DNA from: Bacillus phage PBS1
Sequence record: NC_043027.1
Strand: one strand, 5' to 3'
DNA length: 32,000 nucleotides
In this document: in pieces, positions 1 through 8,995 of the stretch
Layout: each line of letters starts with the position of its first letter
How positions within the stretch are numbered: position 1 is the first letter of the stretch
The notes under the pieces: model-generated
Databases searched by the model: none
What the model saw: the letters and a program-made list of their open reading frames with translations, nothing else
Told to the model about the DNA's origin: nothing
Position numbers and translations under genes: made by a program

Positions 1-403
1 TACTACTATCTTCATATGTGTAATCTGCGCTTGCTAGTGCTACTTTACAAAGCTTCCCTGTAGTATACGTGATATCATCTTTCTTATCGCCAAGGAAATA
101 ACTTGGATTCTTCGCTAGGATATCATCTTTTTTGAATTTCTCTCCTACTTTGATAATGAGTTCTTTACGATTGGAAATATAGAAACCACCATTACTGTTC
201 TTACTCATATGCTCGGAGAGATCAATGACGTCTTTCTTACCATCATTATAACGAACGACAGCTAACTCATGTTCTTCATCTATGGACTCTAGAACTCCAT
301 CTTTTTTTGCTCTAAACACAAAGTCGTCACTTAGAATGTAAGCGACAGTCTTCTCTACACCACTACCAAATAGAGGTTTAGATTGCTTTGTGGTAGGAAT
401 GAT
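1..403 (-). CDS. RNA polymerase beta subunit homologue, exon 5 (partial, runs off the left edge)
   Basis: Minus-strand translation IIPTTKQSKPLFGSGVEKTVAYILSDDFVFRAKKDGVLESIDEEHELAVVRYNGKKDVIDLSEHM...VGEKFKKDDILAKNPSYF...KLCKVALASADYTYEDSS. Resembles bacterial RpoB [33 protein letters not shown] and the GYNFEDAI region. No start codon; continuous with upstream exons only if the introns are removed. Confidence 0.88.
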   Translation of the reverse strand, partial: MIPTTKQSKPLFGSGVEKTVAYILSDDFVFRAKKDGVLESIDEEHELAVVRYNDGKKDVIDLSEHMSKNSNGGFYISNRKELIIKVGEKFKKDDILAKNPSYFLGDKKDDITYTTGKLCKVALASADYTYEDSS

Positions 404-763
404 CGTTAACTTCCATTAGATTCGCTACGTCTAATGCGTTCTCTTATGAACTGCTCTATATTTCTATAGAGACGAGACTATATCACTATCCTTATCTATT
501 AAGGATAACCCCCATTTCCATTTAAGGGATTCTCACCCACTCCAATCGCTTGAGCCGTACTCCTATTGCGGAATTTCACCGCTACTCACAATCCTAAGAT
601 TGCTTTCGGATAGTCGTTGAACCTTCATTGTTATTTATAACAATGCTTGGATGCTGATTGTCCATATATCCTTTAGATTGTTACACTTTGGTACTAAAGG
701 CTTTAGGATTTTCCAGCAGTTAAAGGGTTTTGCTAGCAATATTACTACTACTAGGCACGAATC
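404..763 (-). other. Group I intron A (no ORF) in the RNAP beta-like gene
   Basis: On the minus strand: group I core P7 5' element (TTCAACGACTAT near 622-640), P7 3' element (GATATAGTCTCGTC near 470-485), AACTGCTGGAAAATCC core near 710-725, and the shared 3' segment GCAGTTCATAAGAGAACG (437-454). P1 candidate GCAU|GAUUC-GUGC with U.G at the splice site, followed by P2-like CUAG...CUAG. Splicing gives in-frame MQTTQQKH|IIPTTKQ. 5' site uncertain by about 3 nt. Confidence 0.85.
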
Positions 764-941
764 ATGCTTTTGCTGCGTTGTTTGCATTCCAACGCGCGGT
801 GGGTCGGCATGACGAGCAGTAAAGGAGTTTAATAACTCTGCCGGACCATAGATATTTGTCGTATTATTTTTTGTATTAGGATTGGTGTCTAAGAATCCTC
901 GTGTGTTTTTGAATGCTGGATCAAAAGTTAACTGTCTAACC
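764..941 (-). CDS. RNA polymerase beta subunit homologue, exon 4
   Basis: Translates as (V)VRQLTFDPAFKNTRGFLDTNPNTKNNTTNIYGPAELLNSFTARHADPPRVGMQTTQQKH, a beta-subunit-like conserved block. Bounded by group I intron ends. Coordinates uncertain by about 2 nt at the right end. Confidence 0.85.
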
Positions 942-1993
942 CATTACCTTCATATAGGTTCGCTACACCTATACCGTTCTCTTATGAACTGCTCTATGTT
1001 ACCATAGAGATGAGACTATATCTTTATCTAGTCAAAAAAAAAGAAAGGAGATGACTAGATATCTCCCATTTCCATTTAAGGGATTCTCACCCACTCCAAT
1101 CGCTTGAGCCGTACTCCTATTGTGTGTTAACCACTAAAGGATAGTCGTTGAACGTTACTCTCGTTATAATTAAAAATAATTTATAAAACCGTTTTTCTCA
1201 GCAATTTCTTTTCTAAAAGTAATTGCTAGTTCTTTAGCTTTTTCAAAACCATATTTATTAACTGCAAATGTTTTAATAAATTTTTTATGATTAACACGGA
1301 TTTCAGATTCCCATCTATTTTTCTTTTTAGAATATCTTATTCCTTTAATTCCAGAAGTATTATCGTTTCTTAGTGATGTATTTCTATTATTCATCATTTG
1401 AGAAACCTCACGCAAATTACTTTTTCTATTATTTAAACTATTTCTATCTATATGATCAATTACATTATTATTATCTTTAATATCCATTAGGTATCTATGA
1501 AGCTTTCCACCTGAATTACTTGAAATATAAAATGAATTATTTCTTTTAGACCAGATAGCTCTCCAAACATGCTTATTTATTTTATCAATATCTTCAATAT
1601 CAATTTGAGATTTTACGATACCATATGTTTTTGAAAAAGTAACTAATAATGCATGATCATCTAATACTTCAATAAAATTATATGCTCTTTTTCCTTCTTT
1701 TAATGTTTTCATAGCTATACGCTCACTATAATCTCCATATAAAACTTCTGAATAATGTGCAAGGGAATTTGATTTCTTTTCTTTATTATAGAAACTTACT
1801 CTCCATAATTTTTGTTCTTTTAGATATATTATTTTATTTTTTTCCATAATAGTAGCTCTCCTTTTTAACTTACTACTATTATAATATATATTTAACGAGA
1901 GTCTTCGATACGGATTGTCCTATTATTAGGAGTTTCCCGTAGTTAGAGAGATTTTATCATTATATATCACTATATAAGGGGGCAGTTTAATTC
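942..1993 (-). other. Group I intron B with internal HNH endonuclease ORF, in the RNAP beta-like gene
   Basis: Minus-strand P7 halves (CAACGACTATCC near 1140-1155; GATATAGTCTCATC near 1008-1025). The large ORF lies in a peripheral loop. P1 candidate GGGGU|GAAUUAAACU-GCCCC with U.G splice pair, P2 hairpin UUAUAUA/UAUAUAA, possible P10 GGUU with AACU. Splicing restores VGV|VRQLTF. Confidence 0.87.
1170..1847 (-). CDS. Intron-encoded HNH homing endonuclease with C-terminal AP2-like DNA-binding region
   Basis: 225 aa; HNH_3-like core WRAIWSKRNNSFYISSNSGGKLHRYLMDIKDNNNVIDHIDRNSLNNRKSNLREVSQMMNNRN followed by SGIKGIRYSKKKNRWESEIRVNHKKFIKTFAVNKYGFEKAKELA (AP2-like). AGGAG-type RBS just upstream of the ATG. 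Located inside a group I intron. Confidence 0.9.
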   Translation of the reverse strand: MEKNKIIYLKEQKLWRVSFYNKEKKSNSLAHYSEVLYGDYSERIAMKTLKEGKRAYNFIEVLDDHALLVTFSKTYGIVKSQIDIEDIDKINKHVWRAIWSKRNNSFYISSNSGGKLHRYLMDIKDNNNVIDHIDRNSLNNRKSNLREVSQMMNNRNTSLRNDNTSGIKGIRYSKKKNRWESEIRVNHKKFIKTFAVNKYGFEKAKELAITFRKEIAEKNGFINYF

Positions 1994-2004
1994 ACCCCAA
2001 CTTT
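1994..2004 (-). CDS. RNA polymerase beta subunit homologue, exon 3: 11-nt micro-exon (AAAGTTGGGGT)
   Basis: Lies between the 3' end of intron C (...GGAAGATAATG, same terminus as intron F) and the 5' site of intron B (P1 GGGGU:GCCCC). Its inclusion gives continuous frame STPDSD-KVGV-VRQLTF. Confidence 0.75.
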
Positions 2005-2339
2005 CATTATCTTCCACTAGATTCGCTACATCTAATGCGTTCTCTTATGAACTGCTTCATGTTACCATGAAGATGAGACTATATCATCATCCTATTAGGA
2101 TGCCTCCCATTTCCAACTCCAATCGCTTGAGTTGTACTCTACTCCCTTCCTTCTAACTAGCGTTATCACAACGATCTGTTAGAGTGGTTTCGATAGTCGT
2201 TGAACCTTACTCTAATGAGTCTTGGATGCTGATTGTCCTTAAAGGATTTTCCAGCAGTTAAAGAGGTTTACTTATAATATTTCTATTATAAGGGACTATT
2301 ATAAATCTTGTCTGGGAATTCAAGAATTATAATAATTCA
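2005..2339 (-). other. Group I intron C (no ORF) in the RNAP beta-like gene
   Basis: Minus strand: AACCTCTTTAACTGCTGGAAAATCC, TTCAACGACTATCG (near 2200), GATATAGTCTCATC (near 2080), GCAGTTCATAAGAGAACGCATTAGATGTAGCGAATCTAGTGGAAGATAATG. IGS candidate GUCC pairs with exon GGAU across an extended loop and is followed by P2-like CUUAUAAU/AUUAUAAG. Confidence 0.85.
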
Positions 2340-2417
2340 ATCCGAGTCGGGTGTTGACATTGCCATGATTCCACGCATACTAGGGTCATAAGCCCGAATA
2401 TCAGTTGTATAAGCATC
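2340..2417 (-). CDS. RNA polymerase beta subunit homologue, exon 2 (78 nt)
   Basis: DAYTTDIRAYDPSMRGIMAMSTPDSD, 26 codons in frame, matching the beta-subunit block between GLSGRNLD and VGVVRQL. 5' end could extend by 6 nt (adding KT). Confidence 0.83.
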
Positions 2418-2801
2418 CGTTTTCCTTCATATAGGTTCGCTACACCTATACCGTTCCTTAGAACTGCTCTAAGTTTCCCTAGAGACGAGACTATATCATC
2501 ACTTAAAAGTGCCTCCCATTTCCAGCCTCAATCGCTTAGACTGTACTCTACTCCCTTCCACTAACTAGCATTATTGTAATGATCTGTTAGAGTGGTTTCG
2601 ATAGTCGTTGAACCTTTACCTTATTACAAATAATTTGTAACTTAGGTACTTGGTTGCTTATGATTACCCAATCCTTTAAATTTTTACCATACCTGAATTG
2701 TTATATTCAGCCATCTATTATGTTTCCATATAGATTTGGTATTAAAGGCTCTAAGGGTTTTCCAGCAGTTAAAGAGGTTTTAATTGGACTAAAACACTTT
2801 A
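2418..2801 (-). other. Group I intron D (no ORF) in the RNAP beta-like gene
   Basis: P1 candidate UUGGAU|UAAAGUGUUUUA-GUCCAA (6 bp with U.G splice pair), AACCTCTTTAACTGCTGGAAAACCC core, TTCAACGACTATCG (near 2620), GATATAGTCTCGTC (near 2485). The upstream ORF stops at the first intron codon (GAT|TAA). 3' junction ambiguous between 2418 and 2424. Confidence 0.87.
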
Positions 2802-5597
2802 ATCCAAGTTCCTTCCTGAAAGCCCCTTGTAAGTAGCCGCACCACCCTTTTCAATTTCCAAAGAAGGGTTAAGGACACTATATTCATCGACAGTAGGTGA
2901 ATTCATTAATGTCTTTAATAGAATATCCTGTGGAACAGACATCTTAATAGGATTACCAGCTTTCAGTGTATCCTTATACGTTTTAAATGAATCTGCCAAG
3001 ATTTTATACAAGTAGGCGTTTACTTGCTCAGTACCACGGATTCGATATGAATTCATATCATTCAGTGGACTATAGCTCATATCTTCCAATAAGGTATTCG
3101 CATACAACAATATGTCATAGATATTCTCAGGTAATTCTAACTGTTTCAGTACATCTAATGTGATAGGATCAACCATTAGAGATAGAGTATTATGGAGACC
3201 TTTACCCATATTTCTGCTACCAAACATCTCATAGAAAGTTTCAATATAAGGATCTTTAGAGTTCATTTCTTCAAATGTATACTCTTCAGTAGCCATAGTA
3301 CTTAGACCACTTAATAATAAGGAATTTCTCAATAAAGAATTATTATAATATAGGTATCCATCTTTAAAACGGATCTTATCATAGTCATCATCAATTGTAA
3401 TTCTCTTATTCTTAGTATCAAAGCTATATTCAATATTATATCTTTCTAATAAATCTTCTAATCCTAATTCATATCCAAGAAGAACCACTAAAGGAATCAT
3501 TCTATTATTAATACGAACTCGGTTATATGCTAGAGACTTAGAATTACTTAAAGAAGATAATTTTTTATAAGCTTCCTCACTAAGTGAAGTAACAACAACT
3601 TTAATAATGAGTTCTGAAAGACTCATATCAGTATTTTCTTGTTTCTTATTATTAATCAGATAAACTCTTTTACTTGAACGCTTAAGAGCAATAACATTTT
3701 CATTATCTTTTGTATGACCGATTGGTAAGAATTGTTTATCATCAATATTAATCTTAGCAAGCTTAGCCATATTATCAAGATCACTTTTCAATAAATCTTC
3801 TACTTCTTTTTGACTGAACATAAGTTTATATTCATCATTCTCTAAGCTTAGAAGGAAGGAAGAGATTTCATTATATTCAAGAGTTGTTTCATATCCCTCA
3901 TTAATTGTTAGAGCGTTACCTAGACGATAATTAAACTTCTTACCTGATACTTTAAATTCATTTAGATCCATACCAAAAAGCTTCTTAAGTTTCTCAGTTT
4001 TATGAGATAGCTTAGAACCAAAGCGCATGACAAAAAACTTATTGTAGTTAGTAGTAATCTGAACTTCATCAGGTTTTGTTTTTACAATGGGTAAAGATAG
4101 AATTTGCTTAAGAATTAATTTTTTACCACCATTAATATTCATAAACCTACCATCTCTGATAATAGGATAATCAAATTTAACAGTATGCTTTACATTACGA
4201 TCATCTTGGAAAGTAACAGTGTAAGTTAATTTCTTTGATAAATCAGTAGATGTGTCTTCTGTTTTAATATCACTTACAAATAATTTAACATCGCTATCTC
4301 CATTAAATGATGAAAGAACTGCAACTAAGTCTTTTTTCATCTGTTTCTCAAAGTAGCTCATATCAAAATCTTTAAGATTTGAATATCTAGTTTCTTCTTG
4401 AATAACATTTGTATTGGTAATTGGCTTTCGGTCAATACTTGTTGATTTAAAATCATCAATAATATCTTGAATATTAATATCATCAAGAGTAACTTGTTTT
4501 TGTTTTTCTTTTAGGCGTTCAAGAGTCTTTCTCTGTTTAATTTCATCTCCACCAGTAGACTGAAGCTCTTTAAGAGTTGAAACATCAGCTTTTAATTCCT
4601 TACTGTTATTTAAGATATCAATGATTTCATCTTCACTTTTATCAAGAATATCTTCATCACTTGAATCAATAGCTTTTTCAATATCATCACCAATCTTATC
4701 AGTAACTTCAATTGCACTACTGGATAATTTTGTATTTCCATCAATTTGGAAATTACTTAATAATTTTTCTTTAACTTTTTCAGATTTTTCTTTTACTAAT
4801 GCATCTCTCTTGTTTTCTGTTTCTTGAGTTGCATCTTCTTTACCTAAAGGTTTTTCATCATTATTAGTCCTCTGATGATTTGCTGTTTTAATAAGAATAT
4901 TTAATGCATTAAGGAATCTATTTGCAAGAAGATTAGAAAGTTCATCATTAATATTGAATTTAATAAATGTATTATTAACTGTAGTATAAAAAATAAAGTC
5001 TACATTCTTAAGCTCTTTCTTCTGTTCCTCTGTTAACAACTTTCTTTTAATTGCCATATAGATATAAGCAAAAGGTGTTCTTGCATTATTTAAGTCAAAG
5101 AATGATGGATCAAGAACATTGTCAGGAACAGGAATTGCTACTGCTTTATTCTCATATGATGCGCCCTCTTTAATTTTAGATATAAGAAACTCAAAATACA
5201 TTTCAACTCGTTTTCTTCCACGAACTTTAATCTCTACTTCATTCTCAAGATGCTCATTTGTAATATCATAGATCAAGTTAAGATCATTATAATTAGTTAA
5301 AGCACGTTTAGTATAAATAATACTGGAGCATTTTGCTTTTACCTCATCATAATATTTCTTTTGATCTACAATAATTCTTTTATTCTTTTGAACAGTATTG
5401 AATGCTCTTGGAATATATACTCCTCTAAAAAAAGAAGGACTGAATATATTAGAATTAATAAAATCAAATATTTCACTTTGATTATTTCCTGAAAAGAAAA
5501 TCAAATTTGAATTACGGTCATTTTTCCTTTTTTTAATGGATGAAAGTTTTATATTAGAGTACACTCTCAATTCCTTGAGATTATCAAGATAAAACAA
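2802..5597 (-). CDS. RNA polymerase beta subunit homologue, exon 1 (N-terminal 932 aa)
   Basis: Long ORF beginning TTG with an AGGAAG-type upstream sequence. Contains GRFMNINGGKKLILKQILSLPIV (compare the RpoB FIINGxERVIVSQLxRSP region) and ends ...NPSLEIEKGGAATYKGLSGRNLD, which continues into later exons with convincing RpoB motifs. Start codon not certain. Confidence 0.82.
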
Positions 5598-5653
5598 TTA
5601 TACCCACTTCCTTTCTTAACAATATCTATTTGTTTACATAAGAAATTAAAAAT

Positions 5654-5683
5654 AAAAAGATAAGGTATTATCCTTATCTTTTT
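5654..5683 (-). terminator. Intrinsic terminator-like hairpin downstream of the 5689-5958 gene
   Basis: AAAAAGATAAGG TATTAT CCTTATCTTTTT stem-loop with a U-rich 3' side on the minus strand. Confidence 0.65.
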
Positions 5684-5688
5684 ATTAT

Positions 5689-5958
5689 TTACTCTGTTAT
5701 AGTTTCATTCAATTTATCTTTATTATAAATAGTAATAATATTATTATCTATAGTATCAGATTCATCTGAAAATGAAAATTCACTTTTTATATATCTAATT
5801 AAATCATCTTTATCTTTAAAATTTTCTTGAGTATAAGGATCAAATGGTTGGTAATAGAACTGTTGTCCACTAGGAATAAAGTAACCATCTGTAACCCATC
5901 TTCCATCTTTTTCTTGTCTGAGTATAAATTGCTTATCATGACTTTCCATAGTTGACAC
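5689..5958 (-). CDS. Hypothetical phage protein, 89 aa
   Basis: ORF in a tightly packed minus-strand operon. Confidence 0.6.
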   Translation of the reverse strand: MSTMESHDKQFILRQEKDGRWVTDGYFIPSGQQFYYQPFDPYTQENFKDKDDLIRYIKSEFSFSDESDTIDNNIITIYNKDKLNETITE

Positions 5959-5960
5959 CC

Positions 5961-6542
5961 CTATACAGTTTTCGTTTCATATTCACTAGAAACCTTCAAG
6001 TTAATCAATACTTCGCTCTTATTTTTAAGAACTACTGTAATAACAAAATCACCAAGAACTAATGGAGTTCCTTTGATCATTTCACTATCAGCATCATAAT
6101 ACAAACTTGAAGGCAATCCTTTAACCTGTTTAATAAGAGATACTTCACTTGTATTTAATTTTACGGTTAGTGAATGTCCTGAAACTGCATTAATTGAAAA
6201 GTCTTGTAGACCATTTACAGAAGGTTTTAGGTAAATAGTATAGTCCATTTTAACATCAATTGTTGATTTAAGTGAAGTTACATTAGTCAAAAATACTTTA
6301 TCTTTTTTATTTTCTTTAACAATCAGATTGGAAAAACCACTTAATACAGGTTTATTAGAATTAAAATTACATAAAGTTGCTTGCGTTTTTCCTATAGAGT
6401 CAGTAATATTTCTAACATAAAAGGTATTTGTTATTATATGGTTATCAGGATTATTTAAATCCGTAATTTTTCCATCTTTAACATTAAGTTCATTTTTTAT
6501 TTTAAAACCATTTAAATAAGTTAATCTAGTTTTAACAATCAC
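5961..6542 (-). CDS. Putative virion protein with Ig-like domain (193 aa)
   Basis: C-terminal ...KQVKGLPSSLYYDADSEMIKGTPLVLGDFVITVVLKNKSEVLINLKVSS resembles putative-Ig (He_PIG-type) repeats. Confidence 0.55.
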   Translation of the reverse strand: MIVKTRLTYLNGFKIKNELNVKDGKITDLNNPDNHIITNTFYVRNITDSIGKTQATLCNFNSNKPVLSGFSNLIVKENKKDKVFLTNVTSLKSTIDVKMDYTIYLKPSVNGLQDFSINAVSGHSLTVKLNTSEVSLIKQVKGLPSSLYYDADSEMIKGTPLVLGDFVITVVLKNKSEVLINLKVSSEYETKTV

Positions 6543-6547
6543 TTTAC

Positions 6548-8509
6548 TTAACTCCCTTCATAAGAAGTATAAGTAGAAATGGCTCCTGAACCAGTTATTA
6601 TAATTGGTACTCTCGTAGGTGATGTTGAGCTTGTAGAAACATTATATGATTTATCTTGACTATCTCTAAATATTGCATTTCCTTCAAGCATTAATTTAAT
6701 CTCTGTTTCTTTTAATTGTCCTGTCATATCTCTTGCCTCGACTAATATTGCACTTTCAATATTTTGATCCACATAGGTAATATCTGTATCTTCGAAACTA
6801 ACTGAGACATCAACTGACAAGAAAGGACTAATCATTTCTAAATTAGCACCTTCTTTATTTCTTATAAACCAAACTCTTTCTAAATCATCAATGCCTATAG
6901 ATCTAATTGGATCAGTAATATTCTCAATCAATGAAAATCTCTTTGTAGTGGAATCAGTAGTATATACCCAAAAACCATTATTTTTAACAATAACAATAAA
7001 TTGATCACCTAGAGGGAAAATTGCCTTAACGCCATCCAAATGAATATCTTTGAATGGTAGAGAATCTTTTAAAGTTAAATTTAATTCAGTATCATCAAAT
7101 TCTAAAAGATGAATTGGGAACTCTTTTGTTTTATAGGTATCTGCAAGATATGATGCATTTAATGAACCAGATCTTGGGTTTGAAACTGATGCTCTTTTAT
7201 AATAGTTAATCCAATCGGTATAAAAGATTTCATTTAAATGCGAGAATACATTTCCAATATATAGGTATTTAGTATTATTAACAGTGATTGAACCAATTTG
7301 AATTGAGTAAAGATTTAAACCATAATCTTGATAATTGTAAAGTGTTTTTAAATCTAATCCGTTAATACTAAGATTTGTCACCGTACCTACTTTTCCATTA
7401 GGAATATCTATAGGTAACTTACATAAAGAACTGCTTGAACCAGTTATATATTCCATTTGTAAATAATATAAACAGCTTTCTTTAGAATCAAAATATGGTA
7501 TTTGTCTAGCAAATGTGGAATATCCTGTTGTTGATCCAGCATGAATATTTTTACTGAATAAAACCGTTTCAACTAATGTTGGTGAAATCTTCTTTACTAG
7601 CAATCTTGTTTTTGGACCAGACATTGTATATGTTGTACCATCTTCTTTTGTTATAGTTTCATTATTAAAAATATAACCTTGTGTTAAAATAATTAAACTG
7701 CCATTAGAAGTTTTACCTAGAATATTTAAAATTTCTTCTCCATTTAAAGTGTAACTTTTAGTTAAGTTTAAGTTTTTATCAAAAAGTAGAATACTATCAT
7801 TTAAATTAACGGTATTATATGCTGTTGATGTTGAAGCTAAACTGTATTGATTAAGAGCAGCGGCAGAATAAGTGCAATTGGAATAGTAGTTTCCATTCAC
7901 TATTACATTAGAAGAACTTCTATTTAGTTCAAAATACTCTTTTCCGTATAAATCAATTTTAGCATTTTCACCATTAGCTGGAGGAGAACTAGTACTTCCA
8001 ATATTATTTATCCCAAATCCTCCATAATTTATCATATTTCTAACAACAATGAATGAGCTTTCATCTAGTTTAACTAATGATGTTTTTCCTAATCCATTCG
8101 AAAATCTATAAGTATTTAAAATTTTTCCATACTTATATTGATAGATAGCAGTTGCTGTATTTCCAGAACTTTCTGATACTCTAATTTCCGTACCATCATT
8201 AAACGAAATTGAATTTTGAAAAATGGTTTCATCTTTGCGATATGGTATACGTCCTCCTACAAAAGCTGTTCTACCATCATAATTTATACTATGAGTTCTT
8301 GTTCTAGTATTAATATTATTTGCATTATATGGGGCAGAATAACTAAAGTATGGTGATCTTGCAACTTTCTCTTCTTGTAAAGAATTTTTATTATACGTCT
8401 TTCCATTAATTAAAATTGTATTACTCTCTTCCTGAAACAAAGGAAAAGAAGTAAAATTATCTCTTGTAATTGAGAAATTTCCTTGACCAATTGAATAAAT
8501 TACACTCAT
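6548..8509 (-). CDS. Putative tail/baseplate or appendage structural protein (653 aa)
   Basis: Long ORF with repeated beta-strand-like segments (IGIDDLERVWFIRNKEGANLEMISPFLSVDVSVSF...), located among the lysin and tail genes. Confidence 0.5.
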   Translation of the reverse strand: MSVIYSIGQGNFSITRDNFTSFPLFQEESNTILINGKTYNKNSLQEEKVARSPYFSYSAPYNANNINTRTRTHSINYDGRTAFVGGRIPYRKDETIFQNSISFNDGTEIRVSESSGNTATAIYQYKYGKILNTYRFSNGLGKTSLVKLDESSFIVVRNMINYGGFGINNIGSTSSPPANGENAKIDLYGKEYFELNRSSSNVIVNGNYYSNCTYSAAALNQYSLASTSTAYNTVNLNDSILLFDKNLNLTKSYTLNGEEILNILGKTSNGSLIILTQGYIFNNETITKEDGTTYTMSGPKTRLLVKKISPTLVETVLFSKNIHAGSTTGYSTFARQIPYFDSKESCLYYLQMEYITGSSSSLCKLPIDIPNGKVGTVTNLSINGLDLKTLYNYQDYGLNLYSIQIGSITVNNTKYLYIGNVFSHLNEIFYTDWINYYKRASVSNPRSGSLNASYLADTYKTKEFPIHLLEFDDTELNLTLKDSLPFKDIHLDGVKAIFPLGDQFIVIVKNNGFWVYTTDSTTKRFSLIENITDPIRSIGIDDLERVWFIRNKEGANLEMISPFLSVDVSVSFEDTDITYVDQNIESAILVEARDMTGQLKETEIKLMLEGNAIFRDSQDKSYNVSTSSTSPTRVPIIITGSGAISTYTSYEGS

Positions 8510-8520
8510 AAATATCCTCC

Positions 8521-8913
8521 TTAGATACTTTTAATAGAATAAGTTAATGTACAGTTTCCTCCTATAGAAATGACAAGATCACTTCTTTGTGAAGAAAATG
8601 CCATTACTTTTCCTGCATCTATATTTCCTTCATGTAATACCGAACCTAATGATGTAATCTTAAAAGGAATAGCTATAGAATTTTTGTTTTTAATATTAAT
8701 ACTACAGCTTATTACAGATGTTCCCCCAATCGTATTTAATATATTAGACATATTAAATATTTCAGTTAAATTTGTTATATTAGTAAAATCTTTAGTCTCA
8801 CTTTTTGAGTTTACTGATAGGGAATTCTTTTGTAAGCTAAGAATATCTTCCTTAATAGTGTTACCAATGATACCCTTTATTTGATTCTGATTAATCAATA
8901 AGTTCACCTCCAC
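8521..8913 (-). CDS. Hypothetical protein, 130 aa, possibly structural
   Basis: Operon position, RBS-like AGGTGA upstream. Confidence 0.5.
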   Translation of the reverse strand: MEVNLLINQNQIKGIIGNTIKEDILSLQKNSLSVNSKSETKDFTNITNLTEIFNMSNILNTIGGTSVISCSINIKNKNSIAIPFKITSLGSVLHEGNIDAGKVMAFSSQRSDLVISIGGNCTLTYSIKSI

Positions 8914-8947
8914 TCTAAATAATTGTTTTTAATTTAGTAAAAATATA

Positions 8948-8983
8948 AAAAATAAGCATACCCTTTTTTAGAGGTATGCTTAT
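8948..8983 (-). terminator. Intrinsic terminator downstream of the endolysin gene
   Basis: 11-bp stem ATAAGCATACC/GGTATGCTTAT followed on the minus strand by a T-rich tract. Confidence 0.75.
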
Positions 8984-8995
8984 CTTGTTTCCCAA

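Noticed and set aside
437-2060. Repeated GCAGTTCATAAGAGAACG-type sequences considered as CRISPR or dispersed regulatory repeats
   Set aside because: Spacing is irregular and each copy occupies the same 3' position in a group I intron; no spacer architecture or nearby cas genes.
2654-2836. Plus-strand ORF (60 aa)
   Set aside because: Antisense to intron D and the beta exon; no RBS, no recognisable domain. Explained by intron sequence.
4621-4827. Plus-strand ORF (68 aa)
   Set aside because: Antisense to the acidic repeat-like part of the beta N-terminal region; serine/leucine-rich shadow ORF.
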